Source of the DNA: Actinomycetota bacterium | GTDB lineage: Bacteria; Actinomycetota; UBA4738; HRBIN12 | Assembly: GCA_035637835.1 (NCBI GenBank) | Contig: DASPWN010000310.1 | Span: forward strand, 1 to 48,799 | DNA: 48,799 bases | Reading direction: 5' to 3' | Shown: piece after piece, positions 9,171 to 18,165 of the stretch | Layout of the letters: every line of letters begins with the position of its first letter | Position numbering within the stretch: the stretch's first letter is position 1 | The notes under the pieces: generated by a model | Database searches by the model: none | The model's input: the letters and a program-made list of their open reading frames with translations, nothing else | Told to the model about the DNA's origin: nothing | Program-made: the position numbers and the translations under genes

Positions 9171-11459
9171 GTGGCCGTCATCAAGCGTACGAAGACCGTC
9201 GGCTCGCAGGACATGACCCTCGAGTCCGGCAAGCTCGCGATGCAGGCGGAGGGATCCGTTGTCGTCACCTACGGTGAGACGCAGGTCCTCGCCAGCACCA
9301 CCACTGCAGCACCCCGTGAGGGCATCGATTTCTTTCCCCTCACCGTGGACGTCGAGGAGCGGATGTATGCGGCGGGGAAGATCCCCGGCGGGTTCTTCCG
9401 CCGGGAGGGCCGGCCGTCGGAGACCGCCATCCTCACCGCCAGGCTGATCGACCGCCCACTCCGCCCCACGTTCAAAGATGGCTACAACGACGAGGTCCAG
9501 GTCGTGGTCACGGTGCTCTCCGCGGACCTGGCCAACCCGTACGACGTGCCCGGGATCAATGGGGCCAGCCTGTCGACGATGATCGCCGGGCTCCCCTTCG
9601 ACGGCCCGGTGGGCGCCGTCCGGCTCGGCCTGATCGGTGGGGAGTGGAGCATCAACCCGACGTACCAGGACCTGGACATGGCCACGTTCGACGTGGTCGT
9701 GGCCGGTCGGCGGAACGAGTCCGGCAGCATCGACCTGCTGATGATCGAGGGGGAAGCCCCCGACAACACATGGAGCCTGCTCGCCGGGGGCGGCGCCGCG
9801 GTGGCCCCGACCGAGGAGAGTGTGGCGGAGGGGCTCGAGGTGGCTAAGCGCGCCATCGGCGAGATGATCGACTTCCAGCTCCAGTTCCTCTCTGAGGTCG
9901 AGGCCACGCCGAAGCCGTTCGAGCCCAAGGTCCTGTTCTCCGAGCAGACCTACCAGACGGTGGCGGACTTCGCAGAGAGCCGGATCGAGGCCGCGCTCCT
10001 GCCGGAGAAGCAGTCTCGCGACGCGGCGATCGACCGGATCAAGGAGGAGCTCAAGGCCCACCTCCTGCTGACATGGGGCGAGGAAGGATTCGCCCTCCAG
10101 GCCGCCGAGATCTCGCCGGCGTTCAAGGAGCTCCAGAAGCGGATCATGCGCAAGCGGGTCCTGGAGGATGGCGTTCGCCTCGACGGCCGCAAGGCCGACG
10201 AGATCCGGCCCCTGTCCTCCGAGGTTGGCCTGGTTCCCCGGGCCCACGGGTCCTCGCTGTTCCAGCGGGGCGAGACCCAGGTCCTGAACGTGACGACGCT
10301 CGGGATGCTGCGGATGACCCAGATGATCGACACGCTCGACCCCGAGGAGTCCAAGCGATACATCCACCACTACAACTTCCCGCCGTTCTCAACCGGCGAG
10401 GTCGGGCGGATCGGCTCGCCCCGGCGGCGGGAGATCGGCCACGGCGCGCTCGCCGAGCGTGCGCTCGTGCCGGTGGTGCCTCCCGAGGAGGAGTTCCCCT
10501 ACGCGATCCGCCTGGTGTCCGACGTTCTCTCGTCGAACGGCTCGACGTCGATGGCCAGCGTCTGCGCCTCGACGCTCTCGCTGATGGACGCCGGCGTGCC
10601 GATCAAGGCGCCGGTGGCCGGCATCGCGATGGGCTTGATCGCCGAGTTCGACCGGTACGTCACGCTCACCGACATCCTGGGGGCGGAGGATGCGCTGGGC
10701 GACATGGACTTCAAGGTGGCGGGGACCAAGGACTGGGTCACCGCGATCCAGCTCGACATGAAGGTCACCGGCCTGCCCGCCGAGGCTTTGACCCAAGCCC
10801 TCAAGCAGGCCCGGGAAGCCCGCTTGTTCATCCTGGACACGATGCTCCGCACGATCTCCGAGCCCCGGAGCGAGGTGAACGCCAAGGCACCGCGGATCCT
10901 CACCATCCAGATCCCGGTCGACAAGATCGGCGAGGTCATCGGGCCCAAGGGCAAGCGGATCAACGAGATCATCGCGGTGACCGGGGCCGACATCGACATC
11001 CAGGACGACGGCACCGTGTTCATCGGCTCCCGGGAAGGCGCCGGCGCGGACCAGGCGGCGAAGATGATCGACGAGATCGTCAACCCCAGGCCGCTCTCGG
11101 TCGGGGAGCGGTTCACCGGCAAGGTGGTAAAGACCACGACCTTCGGTGCGTTCGTCAACCTCGTGCCCGGCAGGGACGGGCTGGTACACATCTCCAAGCT
11201 GGGAAAGGGCAAGCGCCTGTCCTCGGTCGAGGAAGCGGTCAAGGAGGGCGACACCCTGGAGGTCGAGATCCAGGAGATCGACCAGATGGGCAAGGTCAGC
11301 CTGAAGCCGGTGGGGGAGGAGTGGGCGATCCCCGAGGGTATGGAAGTGGAGGAGCAGCCCCGCCGTGAGCGGCGGGACGGCGACTCGCGGGGCGGTCGCG
11401 GTCGCGACCGGGACCGCCGGCCCAGGGACCGCGAGCGCCGGGACCGGCCCTCGCACTAG
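9171..11459 (+). CDS. pnp: polyribonucleotide nucleotidyltransferase (PNPase) with Arg-rich C-terminal tail
   Basis: Two RNase PH domains, KH (IGEVIGPKGKRINEI) and S1 (GERFTGKVVKTTTFGAFV). GTG 9171 is preceded by AAGGAGGAAGG. Confidence 0.97.
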   Translation: MAVIKRTKTVGSQDMTLESGKLAMQAEGSVVVTYGETQVLASTTTAAPREGIDFFPLTVDVEERMYAAGKIPGGFFRREGRPSETAILTARLIDRPLRPTFKDGYNDEVQVVVTVLSADLANPYDVPGINGASLSTMIAGLPFDGPVGAVRLGLIGGEWSINPTYQDLDMATFDVVVAGRRNESGSIDLLMIEGEAPDNTWSLLAGGGAAVAPTEESVAEGLEVAKRAIGEMIDFQLQFLSEVEATPKPFEPKVLFSEQTYQTVADFAESRIEAALLPEKQSRDAAIDRIKEELKAHLLLTWGEEGFALQAAEISPAFKELQKRIMRKRVLEDGVRLDGRKADEIRPLSSEVGLVPRAHGSSLFQRGETQVLNVTTLGMLRMTQMIDTLDPEESKRYIHHYNFPPFSTGEVGRIGSPRRREIGHGALAERALVPVVPPEEEFPYAIRLVSDVLSSNGSTSMASVCASTLSLMDAGVPIKAPVAGIAMGLIAEFDRYVTLTDILGAEDALGDMDFKVAGTKDWVTAIQLDMKVTGLPAEALTQALKQAREARLFILDTMLRTISEPRSEVNAKAPRILTIQIPVDKIGEVIGPKGKRINEIIAVTGADIDIQDDGTVFIGSREGAGADQAAKMIDEIVNPRPLSVGERFTGKVVKTTTFGAFVNLVPGRDGLVHISKLGKGKRLSSVEEAVKEGDTLEVEIQEIDQMGKVSLKPVGEEWAIPEGMEVEEQPRRERRDGDSRGGRGRDRDRRPRDRERRDRPSH

Positions 11460-11469
11460 GCTCTCGCCC

Positions 11470-12735
11470 ATGCCCATCCGCCGGACCGAATTCGAGTCGG
11501 GCCTGCGAGTCGTGACCGAACGCATGCCCGGCGTCCGGTCGGTGGCCCTGGGGTTCTGGGTGCTGGCGGGATCGCGAGACGAGCCCCCGCCCATCAGTGG
11601 CTCGTCCCATTTCCTCGAGCATCTGCTGTTCAAGGGGACGAAGACCCGAACGGCGCGCGACATCGCCGAGGCCTTCGACGCGGTGGGCGGCGACGTGAAC
11701 GCGTTCACCGCCAAGGAGTACACGTGCTTCTATTCCCGGGTGCGGGACCGCGACCTGCCCATGGCCGTCGACCACCTCTCCGACATGCTCCAGAACTCGG
11801 TAATCCGTACGTCGGACTTCGAGGCCGAGCGTCAGGTGATCCTGGAAGAGATCCACATGCACGAAGACACCCCCGACGACCTCATCCACGACCTGCTGAA
11901 CGAGACGCTGTGGCCCGACCACCCGCTCGGCCGGCCCATCCTGGGGACCGTGGGGAGCATCACCGCCGCCAAGCGCGACCAGGTGCGGCGGTTCTACAAG
12001 CGCCACTACGTGCCGGGGAGCCTGGTGGTCGTGGCCGCGGGGAACGTGGAGCACGATTCGCTCCTCGAGCTGCTTGGCGCCGGCATGTCGATCGGCCCCG
12101 TCCGCTCGGAGGGCCCGAGCTCATGGAACCGGCGTCTTGCTGGGAACCCTCCCGCTCCCTCGGGGCAGACCCTGGTGAAACGGCGGAAGACCGAGCAGGC
12201 GCACATCTGCCTGGGGACGAACGGCCTGGCCCGCAACGACCCCGAACGCTTCGCCTTCGGCATCGTGAACGCGGCGATCGGGGGAGGGATGTCCTCGCGG
12301 CTGTTCCAGGAGATCCGGGAGAAGCGGGGCCTCGCCTACTCGGTGTACAGCTACCACTCCCAGTACACGGAGGCCGGCCTGTTCGCCGCCTACGCCGGAA
12401 CGACCCCTGCCCGAGCCAAGGAGGTGCTCGATCTCGTTCGCGAACAGCTGGCCGACGTGGCCGATGGCGCGCTCTCCGAGGAGGAGTTCCAGCGGGCCAA
12501 GGGCCACATGAAGGGATCGCTCGTCCTGTCGCTGGAGGAACCGAGCAGCCGGATGTCGCGCCTCGGCAAATCCGAGATTTCGCACGGCGAGATCCTGACC
12601 GTGAACCAGATCCTCCAACGGATCGAGACCGTGACGCTCGACGACGTTCGCCGGGTGGCCAAGCGGGTCCTGTCCCAGCCACTGGCCCTGGCGATGCTCG
12701 GTCCGTTCAAGGGCGGAAGGGAGCCTCCGGCGTGA
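11470..12735 (+). CDS. M16 (pitrilysin/insulinase) family zinc peptidase
   Basis: HFLEHLLFKGT is the inverted zinc motif HxxEH. ATG 11470 gives MPIRRTEFESGLRVVTE. Conserved pnp-pepR neighbourhood. Confidence 0.9.
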   Translation: MPIRRTEFESGLRVVTERMPGVRSVALGFWVLAGSRDEPPPISGSSHFLEHLLFKGTKTRTARDIAEAFDAVGGDVNAFTAKEYTCFYSRVRDRDLPMAVDHLSDMLQNSVIRTSDFEAERQVILEEIHMHEDTPDDLIHDLLNETLWPDHPLGRPILGTVGSITAAKRDQVRRFYKRHYVPGSLVVVAAGNVEHDSLLELLGAGMSIGPVRSEGPSSWNRRLAGNPPAPSGQTLVKRRKTEQAHICLGTNGLARNDPERFAFGIVNAAIGGGMSSRLFQEIREKRGLAYSVYSYHSQYTEAGLFAAYAGTTPARAKEVLDLVREQLADVADGALSEEEFQRAKGHMKGSLVLSLEEPSSRMSRLGKSEISHGEILTVNQILQRIETVTLDDVRRVAKRVLSQPLALAMLGPFKGGREPPA

Positions 12736-13535
12736 TCCGGGTCGGCGTCATCGGCGCTGCGGGACGGATGGGGCAGATGGTGTGCCGAACCGTGGCCGGG
12801 GAGCCCGACCTCGCGCTGGTCGCCGCGATCGACCGGTCCAAGGTGGGCCAGTCGATCGGATCGCAGATCGGCCATCCCAAGCTGGACGTCCCCATCTCCG
12901 ACGAGCTGGATCGGCTGCTCGAGGCGGAGGTGGAGGTGGCCGTGGATTTCACGCACCCCGAGGTCGTGATGGACGATGTCCGGTGGTGCATCGAGCACGG
13001 CATCCACCTGGTGGTCGGCACCACCGGTTTGTCGGAGGACGAGCTTGATGAGATCCACAAGCTGATCGAGGACGAGGGCGGCGAGCCGAACGTGATCGTC
13101 GCGCCGAACTTCGCCCTCGGCGCAGTGCTGATGCAGCGGTTCGCTGCCGAGGCGGCCCGGTTCTTCCCCGCCGCGGAGATCATCGAGCTTCATCACGACG
13201 GCAAGGCCGACGCCCCGTCCGGGACCGCGCTGTCCACGGCGAGGCGGCTGGTCGAAGAGCGCGGCGGCGAGTATCGAGGTCCCTCGACGGAATCGATCGA
13301 GGGCGTTCGGGGAGGCGAGGTCGACGGTGTGCGCGTCCACTCGGTTCGTCTCCCCGGCCTGGTGGCCCACCAGGAGGTCATCCTGGGCGGACAGGGCCAG
13401 ACCTTGACGATCCGCCACGACTCCACCGACCGGAGCTCGTTCATGCCCGGCGTGCTGATGGCCATCCGGGCCGTGTCCACCCGGCCGGGCCTGACGGTCG
13501 GCCTGGAACCGCTCCTCGACCTCCCGGCGAAGTGA
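12732..13535 (+). CDS. dapB: 4-hydroxy-tetrahydrodipicolinate reductase
   Basis: VIRVGVIGAAGRMGQ is a Rossmann N-terminus. EIIELHHDGKADAPSGTA is the DapB signature. GTGA overlap with the M16 gene. Confidence 0.93.
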   Translation: MIRVGVIGAAGRMGQMVCRTVAGEPDLALVAAIDRSKVGQSIGSQIGHPKLDVPISDELDRLLEAEVEVAVDFTHPEVVMDDVRWCIEHGIHLVVGTTGLSEDELDEIHKLIEDEGGEPNVIVAPNFALGAVLMQRFAAEAARFFPAAEIIELHHDGKADAPSGTALSTARRLVEERGGEYRGPSTESIEGVRGGEVDGVRVHSVRLPGLVAHQEVILGGQGQTLTIRHDSTDRSSFMPGVLMAIRAVSTRPGLTVGLEPLLDLPAK

Positions 13536-14314
13536 CCCGGCGCCTGGCCGCCCTCTTCGCCCACCCCGACGACGACATGTATGGCGTAGGGGGAACCGTC
13601 GGCCTGCATGCCGATGCGGGCATCGAGGTCACGGCGGTCATAGCCACCAGCGGGGACGCCGGACGGATCTTCGACCCCAGCCTGGCAACGCGGCAGAACC
13701 TGGGCAAGGTCCGGGAGGGCGAGGAGCGGGCCGCGTGGGGCGAGCTCGGCGTGAAGCCCTCGCTGCACTTCCTCCGGCATCCCGATGGTGGCCTCCGGGG
13801 GGTCCCCCGTGACGAGCTGGTCGGGCGCATCGCCGAGCTCCTCGCGGCGGCCCATCCCGAGGTCGTGGTGACGTTCGGCCCCGAAGGGGTCACCGGCCAC
13901 GAGGACCACATCGCGATCGGCGAGGCCGCGACGGCCGGGTTCCACCGGGCCAGGGAGCGGTCCCCGGACGAGGGCTTCGCTCGGCTGCTGTACGTGGCGA
14001 TCCCGCAGTCGCGCCTGGACCGGTTGAACGCGCTCCTGCATGAGCGAGGGATCGAGCCGCTCGACCCGACCGAGCCGTTCGCGCCGCGCGGGGTCCCCGA
14101 CCAGACCATCGATGTGATGGTGGACTGCTCGCCCATCTTCCAGCGCAAGCTGGAGGCCCTTCGTCAACACAAGACGCAGGGAGAGCTGGAGGACGTTCCA
14201 TACGAGCTGTGGCCCGAGGTGCTCGGCCGGGAGGCGTTCGTCATGGCCTGGCCCGAGCGGGCGCCGGGACACCCCGTCCTGTCCGACCTGTTCGAGGGAC
14301 TCCCGGGCGCGTAA
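13532..14314 (+). CDS. PIG-L/LmbE family deacetylase (MshB/Mca-like)
   Basis: AHPDDD motif near the N-terminus and HEDH further on. GTGA overlap with dapB. Confidence 0.85.
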   Translation: MTRRLAALFAHPDDDMYGVGGTVGLHADAGIEVTAVIATSGDAGRIFDPSLATRQNLGKVREGEERAAWGELGVKPSLHFLRHPDGGLRGVPRDELVGRIAELLAAAHPEVVVTFGPEGVTGHEDHIAIGEAATAGFHRARERSPDEGFARLLYVAIPQSRLDRLNALLHERGIEPLDPTEPFAPRGVPDQTIDVMVDCSPIFQRKLEALRQHKTQGELEDVPYELWPEVLGREAFVMAWPERAPGHPVLSDLFEGLPGA

Positions 14315-14326
14315 GCTCGGGGGACC

Positions 14327-15538
14327 GTGGACGTCGAGATCCGGACCATCGCGCCCAAGGAATTCGAGGCCTACGTCGACGCGCTCGCCGCAGGTTTCGG
14401 TGGCCATACGCGGCCCGAGGACATCGAGCGCGAACGGATGGTGGCCGAGATCGACCGGTGCCTCGGCGCCTTCGACGGCAGGGAGATCGTCGGCGGCGCG
14501 TCCGCGGCGTCGTTCACGCTGACCGTGCCGGGCGGTTCGGTCCGTGCCGCGGGGGTGACTGGGGTGGCGGTGAAGCCGACCCACCGCCGGCAGGGCATCA
14601 ACTCGGCGCTCATGCGGCGGCAGCTCGACGACGTCCGGGCAAACGGCGAGCCGCTTGCCATCCTGTATGCCTCCGAGGGTGGCATCTACGGCCGGTTCGG
14701 CTACGGGCTTGGCTCTTTCCGTTGCTCGATGGACGTCGAGCGGGGGCGCACGGCCTTCGTCCGCGGCTACCGCCCTTCGGGTCGGACCAGGCTGCTCGAT
14801 CGGGAGGACGCGCTGGCGGCCATGCGACCGCTGTATGACCGGGTTCGGCGGGACCGGCCCGGTGGGATCGAGCTCGATCCCACGTGGTTCGCGTACCGGT
14901 TCGCCGAGACCCGCTGGGGGGAGGATCGGAAGTGGTTCTACGCGGTGCACGAGGGCGCCGACGGCCTGGACGCGTACGCCGTCTACCGCGTCGAACACGG
15001 CAAGTATGGCGATCACCGCAACGGGCTTGCCGTGGAGGAGGTCCAGGCGTCATCGCCTCAGGCCCACGCGGAGATGTGGCGCTACCTGTTCGACGTCGAT
15101 CTCATCGAACGGATCACCGGGTGGAACCGGCCGATCGACGACCCGCTCCTCCACGTGCTCCAGGAACCCGACCGGCTCAGGCTCCGGATCAAGGACGCGC
15201 TGTGGGTGCGGCCGGTGGACGTTCCGGCGTCGCTCGAAGCGCGGAGATATGCGGCCGAGGGCCGGATCACGATCGAGGTCCGGGACCTGTTCTGCCCGTG
15301 GAACGATGGCCGCCACGTGGTCGAAGGCGGGCCGGATGGCGCGTCGTGTTTCACCACGAACGCCGAACCCGATCTCGTGATGAGCGTGAACGAGCTCGGC
15401 GCCGCGTACCTGGGCGGCGTGAGCTTCCGGCAGCTGCATCGAGCCGGACGGGTACGGGAGGAACGGTCGGGGGCGCTGGCCAGGGCCGACGCGTTGTTCG
15501 CCTGGGACCCTGCTCCGTGGTGCTCCTTCGTGTTCTAA
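14327..15538 (+). CDS. Eis-like GNAT N-acetyltransferase (GNAT + SCP2-like C-terminus)
   Basis: 403 aa. VAVKPTHRRQGINSALM is the acetyl-CoA motif. The length and C-terminal domain are typical of the Eis/UPF0256 family. Confidence 0.85.
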   Translation: MDVEIRTIAPKEFEAYVDALAAGFGGHTRPEDIERERMVAEIDRCLGAFDGREIVGGASAASFTLTVPGGSVRAAGVTGVAVKPTHRRQGINSALMRRQLDDVRANGEPLAILYASEGGIYGRFGYGLGSFRCSMDVERGRTAFVRGYRPSGRTRLLDREDALAAMRPLYDRVRRDRPGGIELDPTWFAYRFAETRWGEDRKWFYAVHEGADGLDAYAVYRVEHGKYGDHRNGLAVEEVQASSPQAHAEMWRYLFDVDLIERITGWNRPIDDPLLHVLQEPDRLRLRIKDALWVRPVDVPASLEARRYAAEGRITIEVRDLFCPWNDGRHVVEGGPDGASCFTTNAEPDLVMSVNELGAAYLGGVSFRQLHRAGRVREERSGALARADALFAWDPAPWCSFVF

Positions 15539-15559
15539 GCGCTGCGGCTCGACTGCCCG

Positions 15560-16180
15560 TCAGCCCACGAACCCCTGGACGATCAGCCACACACCGAGGG
15601 TGCCGAGCGCCAGGGCCAACACGTCCCCCAGGACCCTGAGTGCGCGTTCACTCACCTTGCGCGCCCCGGTTCCGAGAAGCACCATGCCGGAATCCATCAG
15701 GGACACCCCGGCCAGCAACGCCGCCACCGTGAGGAACGCCAACCCACGTCCGCCGTCCTGCGCCGCGTCGGCCACCACCGCGGTCCCCGTCGTGGCCAAG
15801 AACACGTAGGCCCCGGGGTTTAGGAGGACCGCGACGATCCCTCGAACTGCGGGGTGGAGTCCACCGGGCGCCGCCTGGATCTGCCGCCGCCGCCGGTTCT
15901 CGCGGAGCGCGTCGATCGCCAGGAACACGAGGAACCCTCCGCCGATGACGCGAACGACCGACAGGAACGTCTGGCCGGGGTCGATGGAGGAGAGCCCCGC
16001 GGCCAACAGCACGAGCATGAAACAGAACGTGGCGTTGGCTCCCGCCATCGCTCGCAGGCCTCGGGTCGCGCCGCCCCGGGCGGCCTCCGAGAACACCAGC
16101 AGCTGCACCGGGCCAGGCGATGCCCCCAGCGCGACGCCCAGCCCGAACGCGGCCACGGGGTGCGCGAGGTCGGACGCCAC
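15560..16180 (-). CDS. LysE/RhtB family amino-acid exporter
   Basis: About 200-aa protein with 5-6 TM helices and an N-terminal GASPGPV motif. Start uncertain: GTG 16180 lies just after the upstream stop, and the track start is 16225. Confidence 0.75.
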   Translation of the reverse strand: MASDLAHPVAAFGLGVALGASPGPVQLLVFSEAARGGATRGLRAMAGANATFCFMLVLLAAGLSSIDPGQTFLSVVRVIGGGFLVFLAIDALRENRRRRQIQAAPGGLHPAVRGIVAVLLNPGAYVFLATTGTAVVADAAQDGGRGLAFLTVAALLAGVSLMDSGMVLLGTGARKVSERALRVLGDVLALALGTLGVWLIVQGFVG

Positions 16181-16181
16181 G

Positions 16182-16631
16182 TCAGGAGAGCCGAAGCTCC
16201 TTGACCCGGATCTCGCCGCCGTCATCGGTCAGGAGGACTCCCTCGCATTCGGCCAGCGGACGGATCTCGCGGCTCGTCAGTCCCCGGACCGCCTTCTCGA
16301 TCAAGGGCGTATGTCCGACGGCCAGGCCACGTCCTCCCTCCGGGATTGCCGAGATGGCCGCATGGAGCACTTCGCCGAGCTGCTCCGGGGAGTTGTCGGT
16401 TCCGTCACCCGCCAATCCGGCGACGACGGCGTGCTCCGGCAACTGCTGGCCGGCGGCCCGCAGGAACCAGGCCGCGGTCTCGGCGGCCCGCTTGGCCGGG
16501 GAGACGAACACGACGTCGTAGCCTGCCGTCAGCGTCCGGCCGACGTCCTCGGCCTGGACCCGGCCCTCGGGCGAGAGTGCGTCCTCATCCGGATCGCGGC
16601 GAGCGTGCCGGCGGACCTCGAGCGTCTTCAA
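16182..16631 (-). CDS. histidine phosphatase (SixA/PGAM superfamily)
   Basis: LEVRRHARRD is the RHG-type motif, and VFVSPAKRAAETA follows. TTG 16631 is preceded by GAGGAAGG with a 7-nt spacer. The track start is 16676. Confidence 0.75.
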   Translation of the reverse strand: MKTLEVRRHARRDPDEDALSPEGRVQAEDVGRTLTAGYDVVFVSPAKRAAETAAWFLRAAGQQLPEHAVVAGLAGDGTDNSPEQLGEVLHAAISAIPEGGRGLAVGHTPLIEKAVRGLTSREIRPLAECEGVLLTDDGGEIRVKELRLS

Positions 16632-16674
16632 CGGTGAACCTTCCTCGGGGGCTTCGCGTATGATGCCCGACCGC

Positions 16675-17139
16675 ATGAAGACTACCTACCGTAGCGTGCT
16701 CTTCCTGTGGATCGTCGTGGCCGGGACGGTCGTGGCGTCGTGCACGAGCACCGACGAGGAGCCCCGCGCGAGTGGAACGACAGGGAGCGGAAGCGGAAGC
16801 GATACGGTCACCCCCGAAGCGACGGCGACCGGCCCTCCTGGGACGGCGGTCTACCGGTATGCGAACCCCGGGCTGCTGGCTACGATGAGTCTGGACGGCG
16901 ACTCGGGCACGCTGGCGATCGAGAACGACACCGGCCGCGAGCTCCCCCCACCCGGGTTCTACATCCTCGACGCCCGCACCGGCGATCGGGTGGGTGGCGA
17001 GGTGAAGGATCCGACCTCAATTTCGAACGGCGAGACGAAGACGTTCAAGATCTCGTTCGGTGGGCTGGCCATCAAGGACATCGGCCTGGTGATCCTGCTG
17101 GTTGGCCACGACAACTACGGCGCCTTCGCCCGACAGTAA
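16675..17139 (+). CDS. putative lipoprotein, unknown function
   Basis: MKTTYRSVLFLWIVVAGTVVASC is a signal peptide plus lipobox, followed by a Gly/Ser/Thr linker. No recognisable domain. Confidence 0.6.
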   Translation: MKTTYRSVLFLWIVVAGTVVASCTSTDEEPRASGTTGSGSGSDTVTPEATATGPPGTAVYRYANPGLLATMSLDGDSGTLAIENDTGRELPPPGFYILDARTGDRVGGEVKDPTSISNGETKTFKISFGGLAIKDIGLVILLVGHDNYGAFARQ

Positions 17140-17157
17140 AGTTGTTGACGGACGTCG

Positions 17158-17706
17158 CTATCGACGGCTCGCGGGCTCGGATTCGCCCCCCGCCATCCGG
17201 GCCAGGACGAACAGGAGGTCCGAGAGTCGATTCAGATAGTGAAGCAGCTCATCGCTCACCTCGGCACCTGAGTTGCGGAGGTCGACGACATGCCGCTCGG
17301 CGCGCCGAATGACACTCCGGGCTACGTCGAACGACGCCGATACCGGATTCGCGCCGGGCACGATGAACTCGTTCGGCAGGGGATGCTCTGCCACCAGCTC
17401 GTCGATCCTGGATTCCAGGCGCGACACCATCTCGGCCGTGACGAGGGACACGCCTGGCTCGAGCTTGGCCCGTTCCTTCGGATTGGTCGCGAGGTCTGCG
17501 CCGACCACGAACAGCTCGCGCTGGAGACCCAGGATCTCCTCCTTCAATGCAGCGTCGTCGGAGAGCGCGCGGACCAGGCCGAGCACCGCGACCGCCTCGT
17601 CGGTCGTGCCGTACGCCTCGGTCGCCGGGTCTGCCTTGGACACTCGGCCCCCGTAGAGCAGGCCGGTGGTGCCGTCGTCGCCTCGTTTCGTGTAGATCTT
17701 GGGCAC
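17158..17706 (-). CDS. ATP:cob(I)alamin adenosyltransferase, PduO type
   Basis: PKIYTKRGDDGTTGLLYGGRVSK ... LQRELFVVGADLA is the characteristic PduO/MMAB N-terminal domain. GTG start at 17706. Confidence 0.9.
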   Translation of the reverse strand: MPKIYTKRGDDGTTGLLYGGRVSKADPATEAYGTTDEAVAVLGLVRALSDDAALKEEILGLQRELFVVGADLATNPKERAKLEPGVSLVTAEMVSRLESRIDELVAEHPLPNEFIVPGANPVSASFDVARSVIRRAERHVVDLRNSGAEVSDELLHYLNRLSDLLFVLARMAGGESEPASRR

Positions 17707-17977
17707 GCGGCTAGGATAGCTTGAGCTTCGGGCGCCACCGGTTGCATCCGGTGCCCGACGCCAAGCCGATCGACACCCACCGTCATCCGAGCAACCCGCA
17801 GCCCACGTGACCCTCGAACGCCATGCGCGCAGAGGTGAATCCGTGGAACGCTTTCAGCGGCAGGCTCGGCAGCACCTCGAGCCACGCTGTGGTCAAGGGC
17901 CCCCCGATGCACCTACCCTTTCGGAGCAAGCGGAGCCTCAGCGAGCGTACTTGGTTCCCTCTCAACAAAGGGGGCTG

Positions 17978-18013
17978 ATGTGCAACATGTGACGCATGTG
18001 GCTCTTGTGTGGC
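17978..18013 (+). repeat. four tandem 9-nt units wTGTG-N4
   Basis: ATGTGcaac / ATGTGacgc / ATGTGgctc / TTGTGtggc with an exact 9-nt period. The last unit is the -35 of the predicted dapA promoter. The array contains the inverted repeat ACATG-N5-CATGT (17985-17999). Confidence 0.55.
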
Positions 18014-18033
18014 AAGTGGCACGGTGATACGCT
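18005..18033 (+). promoter_or_regulatory. predicted sigma-A-type promoter of dapA
   Basis: TTGTGT, 17 nt, TACGCT. This leaves a GC-rich 5' UTR of about 125 nt before the dapA ATG. Confidence 0.4.
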
Positions 18034-18165
18034 GCGACCCCAATCGTGGGGCCGGGGCGGCCGGCGCAAGCCAGGACGCCTGAGCGGGGCCCGACCGCCC
18101 GGCCCGACGTCTGTGGGTTTTCGCGGGCCGCCGCCCACCGCCGCACCCGGCAGCAAGGAGGAGGC

